Shown here: positions 1 through 11,854 of the stretch, one piece after another
Numbering within the stretch: the first letter of the stretch is position 1
How the letters are laid out: the number at the start of each line of letters is the position of its first letter
NCBI GenBank assembly: GCA_963676795.2
Contig: CAXXTB010000001.1
Coordinates: 832,001 to 896,000, forward strand
Direction of reading: 5' to 3'
DNA length: 64,000 bases
DNA from: Geopsychrobacteraceae bacterium
GTDB lineage: Bacteria > Desulfobacterota > Desulfuromonadia > Desulfuromonadales > Geopsychrobacteraceae
The notes under the pieces: model-generated
Databases searched by the model: none
Told to the model about the DNA's origin: nothing
The model's input: only the letters and a program-made list of their open reading frames with translations
Position numbers and translations under genes: made by a program

Positions 1-781
1 CAAATTGGCGCAGCGGCTCTGTTCGATCAGGCACAAGCTGGTGGTCATGTCGGGCAAGGGGGGCGTCGGCAAAAGTACCACCGCGGTCAACCTGGCTGTG
101 GCGCTGCACAAGCAGGGGAAAAAGGTCGGTCTGCTCGATATCGATCTGCATGGGCCGAGTATTCCGAAGATGTTTGGCCTGGAAAACGAACGTCCGGCCA
201 TGGATGAGGAGGGGATCTACCCGCTTGATGCCTGCGGGATCAAGCTGATGTCGATCGGTTTTCTCATCGAAGCGACTGACAAGGCGCTGATCATGCGCGG
301 GCCGATGAAGCACGGTGCCATTCAGCAGCTGCTCGCCGAAGTGGTCTGGGGGGATCTCGACTACCTGCTGCTCGACTGTCCGCCGGGAACCGGCGATGAG
401 CCCTTAAGTGCGGTCCAGCTGCTCGGTGCCGGTGCTGCCGCGGTGGTTGTCACCACTCCTCAGGATGTAGCTCTGACCGATGTTGAGAAATCGCTCAGTT
501 TCTGCAAGGAAGTCAAGCTACCGGTGCTCGGCCTGGTCGAGAACATGAGTGGTTTCGTCTGTCCGCACTGTGGCGGCAAGTCGGACCTGTTCAAGAGTGG
601 CGGGGCTGACAAACTGGCTGCCAAGGTCGGCACCAGAGTGCTGGCCAAGGTTCCCTTCGAACCGCTGGTTGTTATCGGCGGCGATGCCGGGCAACCGCAC
701 CTGATCGCCTATCCTGAGTCGGCTAACAGCGTCGCTCTGCTTCAGGTGGCGGAAGAAATCTGCCGCCAGCTCGAAGGCTGA
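1..781 (+). CDS. Mrp/ApbC/NBP35 Fe-S cluster carrier ATPase (5' end probably outside the window)
   Basis: SGKGGVGKST P-loop, DIDLHGPSIP, DCPPGTGDE and ENMS-x3-CPHC motifs. Confidence 0.92.
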   Translation, partial: KLAQRLCSIRHKLVVMSGKGGVGKSTTAVNLAVALHKQGKKVGLLDIDLHGPSIPKMFGLENERPAMDEEGIYPLDACGIKLMSIGFLIEATDKALIMRGPMKHGAIQQLLAEVVWGDLDYLLLDCPPGTGDEPLSAVQLLGAGAAAVVVTTPQDVALTDVEKSLSFCKEVKLPVLGLVENMSGFVCPHCGGKSDLFKSGGADKLAAKVGTRVLAKVPFEPLVVIGGDAGQPHLIAYPESANSVALLQVAEEICRQLEG

Positions 782-863
782 GCGGGGGCGCGAATATTTC
801 CCCTTGAACCCATGCTCTTTTGAATGGTAAATCAAGGGTTTACTTTTTCGTAGGAAAGAAACA

Positions 864-1151
864 ATGAAGATCACCAGAGAACAAGTGGAACATGTCGCCC
901 GTCTGGCCCGCCTGGCCCTGCCGGCGGATGAGATCGAGCGTCTGACCGGGGATATGGATGCTATCCTTGGTTATGTTGAAACCCTGAACGAGCTGAACAC
1001 CGACGGTATCGAACCGACCTCCCACGCCGTGCCTATGGCTAACGCCTTCCGGGTTGACGAAGTCAAGCCGTCAATCGGTATCGAACGGGCTCTGCAGAAC
1101 GCACCGGCGTCGGGCGATGACTGTTTCACCGTTCCCAAAGTTATTGAATAA
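864..1151 (+). CDS. gatC: Asp/Glu-tRNA amidotransferase subunit C
   Basis: VEHVARLARL N-terminus, F-x-VPKVIE C-terminus, directly upstream of gatA. Confidence 0.96.
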   Translation: MKITREQVEHVARLARLALPADEIERLTGDMDAILGYVETLNELNTDGIEPTSHAVPMANAFRVDEVKPSIGIERALQNAPASGDDCFTVPKVIE

Positions 1152-1179
1152 ACAGTAAGCCCGTTGCGGAGACAGAACT

Positions 1180-2637
1180 ATGCAATTGAAAGACCTGACC
1201 CTTGCGCAGATGCGTCATATGCTCGATTCCGGGGAGACGACCTCGGTCGAACTGACCAGGGTCTGCCTGGCGCGGATCAAAGCGACTGATGACCAGCTGA
1301 ACGCATTTATCACCCTTTGTGAAGACGAAGCCCTGGTCGCCGCTGCGGCAGCAGACGAGCGCCTGGCTGCCGGCGACGCTCAGCCTTTTACCGGGATTCC
1401 GCTGGCGGTCAAGGATATCTTCAATACCCTTGATGTCCGGACCACCTGTGCTTCCAAGATTCTCGATAACTATATTTCCCCCTATGATGCGACGACCGTT
1501 GCCAAGCTCAAGGAGCAGGGCGCGGTCATCGTCGGCAAGCTCAACATGGATGAGTTCGCCATGGGCTCATCCAACGAGAACAGTGCAGCCGGCAGCGTCA
1601 GAAACCCATGGGATCTGAACTGTGTGCCGGGCGGCTCGTCAGGTGGCAGCGCCGCCACTGTTGCAGCTCGTCAGGTCATTGCTTCGCTCGGCACCGACAC
1701 CGGCGGTTCAATCCGCCAACCGGCAGCTCTGTGCGGTGTCGTCGGTCTCAAGCCGACCTATGGCCGGGTTTCCCGTTACGGCGTCGTCTCTTACGCTTCC
1801 TCCCTCGATCAGGTCGGCCCTTTTGCTACCAACGTCGAGGACTGCGCCATGTTGCTCGGCGCGATTGCCGGCTACGATCCGGCCGATTCGACCTCGGTCG
1901 ATACCCCGGTTCCCGATTACTCGGCGACCCTCAAGGATGGTGTGAAAGGGAAGAAGATCGGCCTGCCGAAGGAATATTTCATCGAGGGGCTCGATCCGCA
2001 GGTCAAGCAGGCGATCGACAAGGCGATCGACGCCTACAAAGAACTGGGAGCCGAGATCGTCGAGGTCGAATTGCCGCACACCAGTTACGCCGTTGCCTGT
2101 TACTACCTGCTGGCGACTGCCGAGGCCTCGAGCAATCTGGCCCGCTACGACGGCGTCCGTTATGGTGTGCGTAAGGACAATGGCGAGGGGCTGATCCAGA
2201 TGTATCAGCAGAGCCGTGCTGCAGGGTTCGGCACCGAGGTCAAGCGCCGGATCATGCTTGGCACCTACGCGCTGTCGTCCGGTTACTACGACGCTTACTA
2301 CCTCAAGGCGCAGAAGGTCCGGACCCTGATCCGCCAGGACTTTCTCAAGGCCTTCGAGCAGGTCGACCTGCTGCTCACTCCGGTTGCGCCAACCCCGGCC
2401 TTCAAACTCGGCGAGAAGACCGACGATCCGTTGCAGATGTACCTCTGCGATATCTTCACCATCCCGGTCAACCTGGCCGGTACCTGTGCCATGAGTCTGC
2501 CTTGTGGCTTAAGTGAAGAGGGGCTGCCGATCGGGGTTCAGCTGATCGGCAAGCCGTTCGAGGAAGCTGAACTGCTGCAGGCGGCCTATGCCTACGAGCA
2601 GGTCAGCGGCTGGAACAATCGCAGCCCTGAGTTCTGA
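1180..2637 (+). CDS. gatA: Asp/Glu-tRNA amidotransferase subunit A
   Basis: Amidase signature [10 protein letters not shown] and [25 protein letters not shown]. Confidence 0.98.
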   Translation: MQLKDLTLAQMRHMLDSGETTSVELTRVCLARIKATDDQLNAFITLCEDEALVAAAAADERLAAGDAQPFTGIPLAVKDIFNTLDVRTTCASKILDNYISPYDATTVAKLKEQGAVIVGKLNMDEFAMGSSNENSAAGSVRNPWDLNCVPGGSSGGSAATVAARQVIASLGTDTGGSIRQPAALCGVVGLKPTYGRVSRYGVVSYASSLDQVGPFATNVEDCAMLLGAIAGYDPADSTSVDTPVPDYSATLKDGVKGKKIGLPKEYFIEGLDPQVKQAIDKAIDAYKELGAEIVEVELPHTSYAVACYYLLATAEASSNLARYDGVRYGVRKDNGEGLIQMYQQSRAAGFGTEVKRRIMLGTYALSSGYYDAYYLKAQKVRTLIRQDFLKAFEQVDLLLTPVAPTPAFKLGEKTDDPLQMYLCDIFTIPVNLAGTCAMSLPCGLSEEGLPIGVQLIGKPFEEAELLQAAYAYEQVSGWNNRSPEF

Positions 2638-2673
2638 TGAGAATTTGATACTGTTAATCAAACAGGATAGAAC

Positions 2674-4110
<1,437 letters not shown>

Positions 4111-4129
4111 TAGATTCGGGAAGCGTTGA

Positions 4130-4240
4130 ACCACAGAGGACACAGAGTTCAAAGAGAGAATCAAAAAGCATAAAATCTGAACCTGAATGATTGGTTTAAA
4201 TCTATAAGTTTTTCTCTGTGTTCTCCGTGTTCTCTGTGGT
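4130..4240. repeat. Inverted pair of 9-nt-period CACAGAG arrays between gatB and mtnA
   Basis: ACCACAGAGGACACAGAG starting at 4130; CTCTGTGTTCTCCGTGTTCTCTGTGGT at 4214-4240. Confidence 0.75.
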
Positions 4241-4281
4241 GAATGCCTTACGTTTTTGTTTTGAGTGAAAGAAGGATGACC

Positions 4282-5343
4282 ATGAGCACATGTCAACTTG
4301 ATACCAGCAGCATCCGTCCGATCCGTTTTTTGAACGGTCAGTGCCAGATGCTCGATCAGCGTCTTTTGCCGGCCGAAGAGGTCTGGCTCGATTACACCAG
4401 CTATACCGAGGTCGCCGAAGCGATCCGCTCGATGGTGGTGCGTGGTGCCCCGGCGATCGGCATCGCCGCAGCAATCGGCGCTTTTTTCGGTGCCCGTGAG
4501 ATCCAGACGGAATCGACTGCAGAGTTTTATGCCCGGTTCGAAGAGATCTGCGCAGTCTTGGCAGCCACCCGGCCGACCGCCGTCAATCTGTTCTGGGCCC
4601 TTGACCGGGTCAAGAGCTTCGTTCACGCCAACCTCGACCGCACTGTTGCCGAACTGAAGATCGGCCTTGAGTTCGAAGCGATGGCGATCTTCCAGGAAGA
4701 TATCGCCATCAACGAGAAGATGGGGCGCAATGGCGCCGAACTGATTCCGGACGGGGCAAGGGTGCTGACCCACTGCAACGCCGGTGCCCTGGCGACCGGT
4801 GGTTACGGGACCGCTCTCGGCGTGATCCGCGCCGCAGTGGCCAGCGGAAAAACAATCTCTGTGATTGCTGACGAGACCCGCCCCTTCCTGCAGGGCTCCA
4901 GGCTGACCGCCTGGGAGCTGCACAAGGACAACATCCCGGTGACCCTGATCTGCGACAATATGGCCGGCTACCTGATGAGCAAAGGTGAGATCGACTGTGT
5001 CATCGTCGGTGCCGACCGGATCACCGCTAACGGCGATGTCGCCAACAAGATCGGGACCTACACGGTTGCCGTGCTGGCCAAGGAGCACAATATCCCCTTC
5101 TACGTCGCCGCGCCGCTGTCGACCATCGACCTCTCCTTAAACGATGGTTCGCTGATCCCGATCGAAGAGCGTAACGAACGCGAGGTTACCCATGTCAAAG
5201 ATGTCCAGCTCGCTCCTGCCGGAATTCAGGTCAGAAACCCGGCCTTCGATGTGACACCGGCCCGGCTGGTTACCGCAATTATCACCGAACGTGGTATTGT
5301 TAAAGGGGACTATCTGAACGGACTGAAGCAACTGATAATTTGA
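4282..5343 (+). CDS. mtnA: Methylthioribose-1-phosphate isomerase
   Basis: [55 protein letters not shown] at 4282 follows an AAGGA RBS. Confidence 0.95.
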   Translation: MSTCQLDTSSIRPIRFLNGQCQMLDQRLLPAEEVWLDYTSYTEVAEAIRSMVVRGAPAIGIAAAIGAFFGAREIQTESTAEFYARFEEICAVLAATRPTAVNLFWALDRVKSFVHANLDRTVAELKIGLEFEAMAIFQEDIAINEKMGRNGAELIPDGARVLTHCNAGALATGGYGTALGVIRAAVASGKTISVIADETRPFLQGSRLTAWELHKDNIPVTLICDNMAGYLMSKGEIDCVIVGADRITANGDVANKIGTYTVAVLAKEHNIPFYVAAPLSTIDLSLNDGSLIPIEERNEREVTHVKDVQLAPAGIQVRNPAFDVTPARLVTAIITERGIVKGDYLNGLKQLII

Positions 5344-5360
5344 TTTAATAGGCGGAGGGT

Positions 5361-8300
5361 ATGGAGAGAGACAAGGTCAGAACGCAGCTCGATTTACTGT
5401 TCGACGATCGGCCGCAGGGCGTCGATTGGCTTGCTCGTTTGCCACTGATCGACGGCGAGCGTGCTGCCACCAACTTGGAGCTGCTTCAGGAACAGCTGGG
5501 CAATCTCGATCTGCTCTGTGCAATTCTCGCCGAAGCGCTCGATTCAGCGGATCCGGATGCCGCCCTGAACCTGCTTGAACGCCTCTTCGACCGGGTTGAG
5601 CGGGAGCCGTTGCTGGCGGTCCTTCATCATCCTGCTCAGCGCCGCCAACTGCTGATCGTGCTTGGCGGTTCTCAGTTTCTGGCCAATATCTGCTGTCGCC
5701 ACGCGTCTCATCTCCCCCGCCTGTTCAGCCCTCAGGGGATCGAACGTACCTTCAGTGAAGAACAGATGCTCACCGAGTTGCGCGAGCTGATTCCCGAATC
5801 AGCCGACTTTGCCGAACTCAAGGCAGGTTTAAGGCGTTACAAGGCCCAGCAGATCCTGAGGATCGGCAGCCGGGATCTGTGTGGCCTTGCTCCGCTCGAG
5901 GAGGTGACCGCGGAGCTGTCCAGCCTCGCGGCGGCCAGCCTGCAACGTGCCTATGAGGTCTGCGATGCACAGCTGGCCGGGGAGTACGGCGAGCCGCTCG
6001 AAGCTCCAGAAGGGGGAGCCAGCCGCCGGGCCGAGATGACCATTCTGGGGATGGGGAAATTCGGCGGGAATGAGCTGAACTTCTCGTCCGATATCGATCT
6101 GATCTATTGTTATTCGTCCAATCGGGGCGAAACCACCGGCGGCAGCCGTGGGGAAAAGATCAGTCTGCACCGCTACTATGTCAAGCTGGCCGAGCAGATC
6201 ACCAGGGCGCTCCATCAGGTGACCGCCGATGGTTTCGTTTTCAGGGTCGATACCCGCCTGCGTCCCGATGGCAATAACGGCGACCTGGCCATCTCCCTCG
6301 GCGGGGCTGAGGCCTATTACGAAGCCTGGGGGCAGAGCTGGGAGCGGGCGGCCATGCTCAAGGCGCGCCCGGTTGCCGGTTCGCTGGAACTCGGTGAACT
6401 GCTGCTGCAGCGCTTGAGGCCCTTTATCTTCAGGCGTTACCTCGATTTCGGCATGCTTGAAGATATCAAGCTGATGAAGCAGAAGATCAACGCCAGTTTA
6501 AGCCGTGACCAGGAAGGGGAGCGCAATCTTAAACTCGGCTTCGGCGGCATTCGTGAAATCGAATTCTTCGTTCAGGCGCTGCAGCTGGTCAACGCGGGGA
6601 AGCGTCCGCAACTGCAGCAGCGCAATACGCTCAAAGTCCTGCAGCTGCTCTGTCGGGAAGAGCTGGTCGACTGCGAAGAATGTCGCCTGCTGACCGATGC
6701 CTACCGCTTTCTGCGCACCGTGGAACATCGGATCCAGGTTGTCCAGGAACAGCAGACCCATGCCCTGCCGACCGATCAGCGCTCGCTGGAAGCTCTGGCC
6801 AGGCGCTGCGGCTTTGCCAATCATGCGGAGTTCAGCCGCTGTCTGCAGAATCACCGGACTCTGGTCCACGGCATCTTCCGTGATCTGTTCCATTCTGCAG
6901 ATGAAGAGGAGCTGGCGATCAATCCTGAAGTCAGTGTCATTTTCGATCCCGAAGCCGATGCCGATCTGGTCAAGGATCTGCTCGAAGCCAAGGGCTTCAG
7001 TAATCCGGATGCTGCCTACGAGAGCCTGGCTCTGCTGCGTGAAGGGGATCCGCACAAGCGTCTGACCCGGCGCGATCGGCGCAGTCTGGAAAAGCTGGCG
7101 CCTCTGGTGCTCCACGAACTGCTCGAATCGCCCAATCCGGATCAGGCGCTCAATAATCTGGAAGCTTTTCTCGACGCGATCCGGGCGCGCAGCTCGTTCT
7201 TCTCGTTGTTGGTTGAGAACCGCGCGATCATCAAGGTGCTGATTACCCTGTTCGGCTCCAGTCAGCTGCTGTCGCGGATCTTCATTCAGCGCCCCGAGCT
7301 GCTCGATACCATGGTCTCGCAGTCCTATGCGATCGAAAACAAATCGCGTGAGCAGATGAGTCAAGAGCTTAAAGATCAGTTGGCGCAGGCCGAAGACTTT
7401 GAAATCAAGCTCGATGTTATCCGCCGGTTTCGCAACGAAGAATTTTTGCGCATCGCCATGCATGATCTCAATGGTGAGATGTCTCAGGATGCCGGTGCCG
7501 AGCAGCTCTCCTGGCTTGCTGAGGTCTGTCTCCAGCTCAGCTGCAGGATTGCCCGCCAGGAACTGGTTCCCCGCTTCGGTGCTCCTTATGCCGAAGGGGA
7601 TACCCAGGAGACCGCTTTCGGGATCATCGGCATGGGCAAGCTCGGTGGCTGTGAACTGAACTACCACTCCGACCTGGATATTATTTTCATCTACGAACAG
7701 GAAGGGGCGACGCGCCCGGTTGCTGGGACCGATCTGCAAAGCTTCCGGCAGATCAGCAATCACGAATATTTCGCCAAGCTGGCGCAGCGGATCATTACCA
7801 TCCTGACCCTGGTGACCCGGGAAGGGTATGTCTATCAGATCGATACCCGGTTGCGCCCGTCAGGCAACCAGGGACCGCTGGTCACCAGCCTGAACGCCTT
7901 TGAACGCTATCATCATGATTCCGCCCAGCCCTGGGAACGGCAGGCGATGACCAAGGCCAGGGTAATCTGTGGCCGGGATACGTTTATGCACAGGGTGCAA
8001 ATGTGCATAGAGCGCTTGACATTTGAAAGACCCTTGCCGGAGAATCTGCAGTCCGAAATGTATCGGTTACGTAACAGGATGGAAGTCGAGATCGCCAGGG
8101 AGTCGGAGGAGCAGCTCAATATCAAGACCGGGCGGGGCGGCATGGTTGATGTCGAGTTTATCGTTCAGTGCCTGCAGTTGCGCTACGCCGGGCAGGTTAA
8201 CTCACTGCGACAGCAGAACACAATCCACATCCTCGAAGCTCTGGCCGGGGCCGAGCTGATTCCCCGGGATGACGCAGAAATGCTCATTAGTGCATACAAG

Positions 8301-8519
8301 TTCTTGAGAAGACTGGAAAATAAGCTAAGGTTATTGCATGATCAGTCGATCAACCAGCTGTCGGCCCAGCAGCGCAACCTGCGCAAGGTGGTCCGCAGTC
8401 TTGGTTATTCCGGTGCAGGGGGGCAGCCGGAGCAGCAGTTCCTGACTGAATATCGTCAAGTCACTGAGACTGTTCGTGAACTGTTCGAAAAGTATCTTTC
8501 TTCACAGCCAGCAGCATAG
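5361..8519 (+). CDS. glnE: Glutamine synthetase adenylyltransferase / adenylyl-removing enzyme
   Basis: Two nucleotidyltransferase domains (GMGKFGGNELNFSSDIDL; GMGKLGGCELNYHSDLDI) with DTRLRP motifs. Confidence 0.96.
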   Translation: MERDKVRTQLDLLFDDRPQGVDWLARLPLIDGERAATNLELLQEQLGNLDLLCAILAEALDSADPDAALNLLERLFDRVEREPLLAVLHHPAQRRQLLIVLGGSQFLANICCRHASHLPRLFSPQGIERTFSEEQMLTELRELIPESADFAELKAGLRRYKAQQILRIGSRDLCGLAPLEEVTAELSSLAAASLQRAYEVCDAQLAGEYGEPLEAPEGGASRRAEMTILGMGKFGGNELNFSSDIDLIYCYSSNRGETTGGSRGEKISLHRYYVKLAEQITRALHQVTADGFVFRVDTRLRPDGNNGDLAISLGGAEAYYEAWGQSWERAAMLKARPVAGSLELGELLLQRLRPFIFRRYLDFGMLEDIKLMKQKINASLSRDQEGERNLKLGFGGIREIEFFVQALQLVNAGKRPQLQQRNTLKVLQLLCREELVDCEECRLLTDAYRFLRTVEHRIQVVQEQQTHALPTDQRSLEALARRCGFANHAEFSRCLQNHRTLVHGIFRDLFHSADEEELAINPEVSVIFDPEADADLVKDLLEAKGFSNPDAAYESLALLREGDPHKRLTRRDRRSLEKLAPLVLHELLESPNPDQALNNLEAFLDAIRARSSFFSLLVENRAIIKVLITLFGSSQLLSRIFIQRPELLDTMVSQSYAIENKSREQMSQELKDQLAQAEDFEIKLDVIRRFRNEEFLRIAMHDLNGEMSQDAGAEQLSWLAEVCLQLSCRIARQELVPRFGAPYAEGDTQETAFGIIGMGKLGGCELNYHSDLDIIFIYEQEGATRPVAGTDLQSFRQISNHEYFAKLAQRIITILTLVTREGYVYQIDTRLRPSGNQGPLVTSLNAFERYHHDSAQPWERQAMTKARVICGRDTFMHRVQMCIERLTFERPLPENLQSEMYRLRNRMEVEIARESEEQLNIKTGRGGMVDVEFIVQCLQLRYAGQVNSLRQQNTIHILEALAGAELIPRDDAEMLISAYKFLRRLENKLRLLHDQSINQLSAQQRNLRKVVRSLGYSGAGGQPEQQFLTEYRQVTETVRELFEKYLSSQPAA

Positions 8520-8536
8520 CAAGCGGAGACAGTGGG

Positions 8537-10435
8537 ATGAGCAAACATATTCTGATCATTGATGATGATCGCGATCTGCGAGATTTCCTGCAGCAGGCGC
8601 TGGCCGCGGCGGGATTTCAGGTTGAAGGCGTCGATCGCGGTACCGTCGGGGTCCGCAAGCTGCTCACCGAAGATTTTGATCTGGCTCTCATCGATATCAA
8701 TATGCCGGAAATTTCCGGACCCAATATCTGCCGGGCTCTGCGCAAGCACGACAAGACCCGCGACCTGCCGGTTGTCATGATCACGGCGACGATCCACACC
8801 CCTGAACAGTGTGAGGCGGCTAAACTTGACTATGGTGTCGACCAGTTTCTGGTCAAACCGTTCACCGGCCAGGATCTGCAGAAAATGCTGGAGAGCGCCT
8901 TCCCCTCTGGCGAAAGGGAAGCAGAGGCGCCCAAGGTGCGGCCGATTTCCGATTTTACCATCCCGCACCAGTTGCATAAGCTCTACCAGAACAAAGCGAC
9001 GGGGATGCTTCAGCTGCAGAAGGGGAATCAGAAGAAGGTCGTCTATATCGAAAACGGTTATCCGATCTTCGCCCGTTCCAATGTCCTGAGCGAATGCCTG
9101 GGGCGGATGCTGGTGCGTGACGGAGTGATTACCCAGGTTGACTGTGATCAGTCGGTTGAGAAGAGCAAGGAAACGGGTCGGCTGCAGGGCACTGTGCTGA
9201 TCGAGATGGGGCTGTTGACCCCTCTGCAGCTGCATAACGCCCTGGTCAGGCAGATCACTGAAAAGCTGCTGACCACCTTTGCCTGGCAGGAAGGGACCTG
9301 GATGTTCACTGAGGTTGCGGATATCAAAAAGACCGTGACCCGGATGAAGATGACGCCAGCCAACCTGATCCTCCAGGGGATTGGCGAGTACTGGAGCACC
9401 AAGCAACTGGACGATTTTCTGCTCCCCTATATGGAAGATTACCTCAAGCAGACGACCAATCCGACCTATCGCTTTCAGGATATCGAGCTGAATAAGCGGG
9501 GAGCGCAGATCTTCAAGAGCTGCGTCGGTGTCAAAACCATGGCCAGGCTTCTCGACGAGCATCCGCTGGCCAAACGTGAAATCCAGCGGATTATTGCCGC
9601 CCTGCTGATTTCCGACATGCTTGAGCGTCAGGCCACCCCGGAACAGGTCGATCCTGAACTGCTTCAGGACGATGATGCGCTGGATATTATCGATGAAAAA
9701 CTGCGCAAGAGGATCTTGGAAGACTACCGCAGGATCATGAGCGCCGATTATTTTGAGGCTCTCGGGATCAGTCGTGACAGCGGTCCTTCCGAAGCACGCC
9801 GTGCTTACTACCGGTTGGCCAAGGAATATCACCCGGACCGTTTCCTTGGCAGCGACCTGTCGCGTGAGATGAGCGTCAAGATCCGTGATATGTTCCAGTA
9901 TATTACCCAGGCCTATACGGTGCTCAGCGATCCCGACAGCTGCGCCGATTACCTGGAAGAATTGGTCCACGGCACGAAAAAGTCGGTCGATATCAATCAG
10001 GTCATTGAAGCGGAAGGGGCTTTCCAGGAAGGGCGTGCTCTGCTGAAGATCCGGCGCTTTGCCGCAGCGGCCAAGAGTTTGCAGCGTTCGATCGAACTGA
10101 GCCCGGAAGAACCTGAATACATGACCCTCTATGCCTGGGCCCTGTTCAAGTCGGATCCGGAGAAGCAGGATGTCCAGCAGAAGGCGATGGAAATTCTGCT
10201 CGCCTCCAAGGAGATCAACCCGGGCCAGGATCTGACTCACCTCTATCTGGGCCACGTTTACCATGCCATGCATAAGGAGCGTCAGGCCGAAAAATCGTTC
10301 GAGATGGCCGTGCAGGCCAACCCGAATTGTACCGAGGCATTGCGCGAACTGAGGCTGATCAACCTAAGGCGCGAACAGAGCGCAGCTCCGCAGTCGAAGG
10401 GGCTGTTCAAGAAGTTTTTGAAAAAAGGGGACTGA
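8537..10435 (+). CDS. Response regulator: REC, DUF4388/PATAN-like, J-domain and TPR
   Basis: IIDDD...DINMP...KPF receiver; LGRMLV/LQGTVLIEMGLL; J-domain AYYRLAKEYHPD; C-terminal TPR-like helices. Confidence 0.8.
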   Translation: MSKHILIIDDDRDLRDFLQQALAAAGFQVEGVDRGTVGVRKLLTEDFDLALIDINMPEISGPNICRALRKHDKTRDLPVVMITATIHTPEQCEAAKLDYGVDQFLVKPFTGQDLQKMLESAFPSGEREAEAPKVRPISDFTIPHQLHKLYQNKATGMLQLQKGNQKKVVYIENGYPIFARSNVLSECLGRMLVRDGVITQVDCDQSVEKSKETGRLQGTVLIEMGLLTPLQLHNALVRQITEKLLTTFAWQEGTWMFTEVADIKKTVTRMKMTPANLILQGIGEYWSTKQLDDFLLPYMEDYLKQTTNPTYRFQDIELNKRGAQIFKSCVGVKTMARLLDEHPLAKREIQRIIAALLISDMLERQATPEQVDPELLQDDDALDIIDEKLRKRILEDYRRIMSADYFEALGISRDSGPSEARRAYYRLAKEYHPDRFLGSDLSREMSVKIRDMFQYITQAYTVLSDPDSCADYLEELVHGTKKSVDINQVIEAEGAFQEGRALLKIRRFAAAAKSLQRSIELSPEEPEYMTLYAWALFKSDPEKQDVQQKAMEILLASKEINPGQDLTHLYLGHVYHAMHKERQAEKSFEMAVQANPNCTEALRELRLINLRREQSAAPQSKGLFKKFLKKGD

Positions 10436-10445
10436 TTCAATATAT

Positions 10446-10468
10446 AGAAACAGCCGAGGGCTGTTTCT
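10446..10468. terminator. Hairpin after the response regulator gene
   Basis: AGAAACAGCC-GAG-GGCTGTTTCT. Confidence 0.6.
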
Positions 10469-10470
10469 TA

Positions 10471-10740
10471 GGTTCTGCCCGTTGATGAGCAAAGCTCATC
10501 TTGGGGCGCTAGGCGTTTTGCTGGTGTGTCGCTACGTAAGAAACGCAGAATCACTTCCGACAATATAACAGGGCGTTTTTGCTTACTTTTGACGCCCAGG
10601 TCAAAAGTAAGGCGCAGTGTGGGGGCGCGACCCCACGACTTTGATCTTCAAATCGACAAGCATCAGAACCTGAACCGGCGGTTCTCGCACCGCCAGGCGA
10701 CATACTTTCTTTTATCGAAAAGAAAGTATGCAAAGAAACT
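10471..10740. repeat. Structured intergenic repeat, copy 1 (homologous to 53057-53332)
   Basis: Same ordered series of hairpins as the 53 kb copy, with compensatory changes. Confidence 0.8.
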
Positions 10741-10933
10741 CTACGGTCAAGGGCATTGTTTATAGCGTGGTAGTCCTCTGCTTCGTAGCCTTTGGGCAGC
10801 AACTCTCTTCACGCTCAGACGAGTCGCTGCGCGTCTCGATTCGCGCAATCGCAAAGCCGGTTCCCGGCTTGAAATCATGGAAAAGACAAAGTTAAAACAG
10901 AGTCAAAATCAAAGGCTGCTGCTGTTCATTCTG

Positions 10934-11704
10934 CTATTTTTCGTCCTCACGGTGCAGCAGAGGATCGAGCAGGTGTCTTGGCTGCACATTGCCGAGGGCG
11001 GCGATCATGCTGTTACGGATCTGCGGAATATCTTTGCTTAATCTCTCGATCAGCTGTTTCATGTACTGGCGCTGCTGTTCTTCTCCCCCTTCCACCGGGC
11101 AGCCACAACTGACCGTCGGAAATTCCACCAGAGTGCTGTATTCGGCAATATCCTTCTCTTCAACATAGACCAGCGGCCTGATGACCGTCTGTCTGCCGTT
11201 ATCGGCCAGCATGCTGGCGCTCATCGCGGCCAGGGTGCCGACGTAAAACTGGTTGAGCAGCAGCGTCTCGATAAAGTCATCCAGATGATGGCCCAGGGCG
11301 ACCTTGTTGCAGCCGAGTTGCTCGGCCTGGGTGTAGAGCACGCCCCGGCGCAGCCGGGCGCAGAAGGCGCAGGTCGATGATCCCGGGCGCAGTTTTTCTT
11401 CGATAATCCGTGAATTTTCTGTTGTTTCAATCCGATAAGAGAACTGATGCTGGCGCAGGTGGTCCTCGATAATGTCCTTGCGGAAGCCTGGGAAACCGGC
11501 GTCGATATTGACGGCAATCAGCTCATAACGGACCGGGGCCTTTCTGCGCAACGCTTCAAGGACGTGGAGCAGGGTGTAGGAATCCTTTCCGCCGGAGATG
11601 CCGACCGCAATCCGGTCGCCATCCTCGATCAGGTTGAAATCACCGATCGCCTTACCGACCTGCCTGCGGATGCGGTTGAACAGTTTTTCTGCTGCTGTTG
11701 CCAT
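10934..11704 (-). CDS. ttcA: tRNA 2-thiocytidine(32) synthetase
   Basis: SGGKDS PP-loop, CAFCARLRRG, LGHHLDD, IRPL, C-x-C, NVQPRHLLD. Confidence 0.92.
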   Translation of the reverse strand: MATAAEKLFNRIRRQVGKAIGDFNLIEDGDRIAVGISGGKDSYTLLHVLEALRRKAPVRYELIAVNIDAGFPGFRKDIIEDHLRQHQFSYRIETTENSRIIEEKLRPGSSTCAFCARLRRGVLYTQAEQLGCNKVALGHHLDDFIETLLLNQFYVGTLAAMSASMLADNGRQTVIRPLVYVEEKDIAEYSTLVEFPTVSCGCPVEGGEEQQRQYMKQLIERLSKDIPQIRNSMIAALGNVQPRHLLDPLLHREDEK

Positions 11705-11782
11705 AAGCCAATCCTCTTTATCTAGGTATCATGCAGGGCAAGTTTTAAAAGAAAGGCTAAAAAAGTGCAAGTTGCAAAGGAT

Positions 11783-11798
11783 TGGAGCGCTTTTTGCT
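11783..11798 (+). promoter_or_regulatory. Possible sigma54 -24/-12 promoter for the transglycosylase gene
   Basis: TGGAGCGCTTTTTGCT fits GG-N10-GC, about 57 nt upstream of the ATG. Confidence 0.4.
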
Positions 11799-11854
11799 GA
11801 ATATGAGGTGGGATAATAGTAGCTGTCAGAATTTTGTCAAAAAACGGTGGAAGT

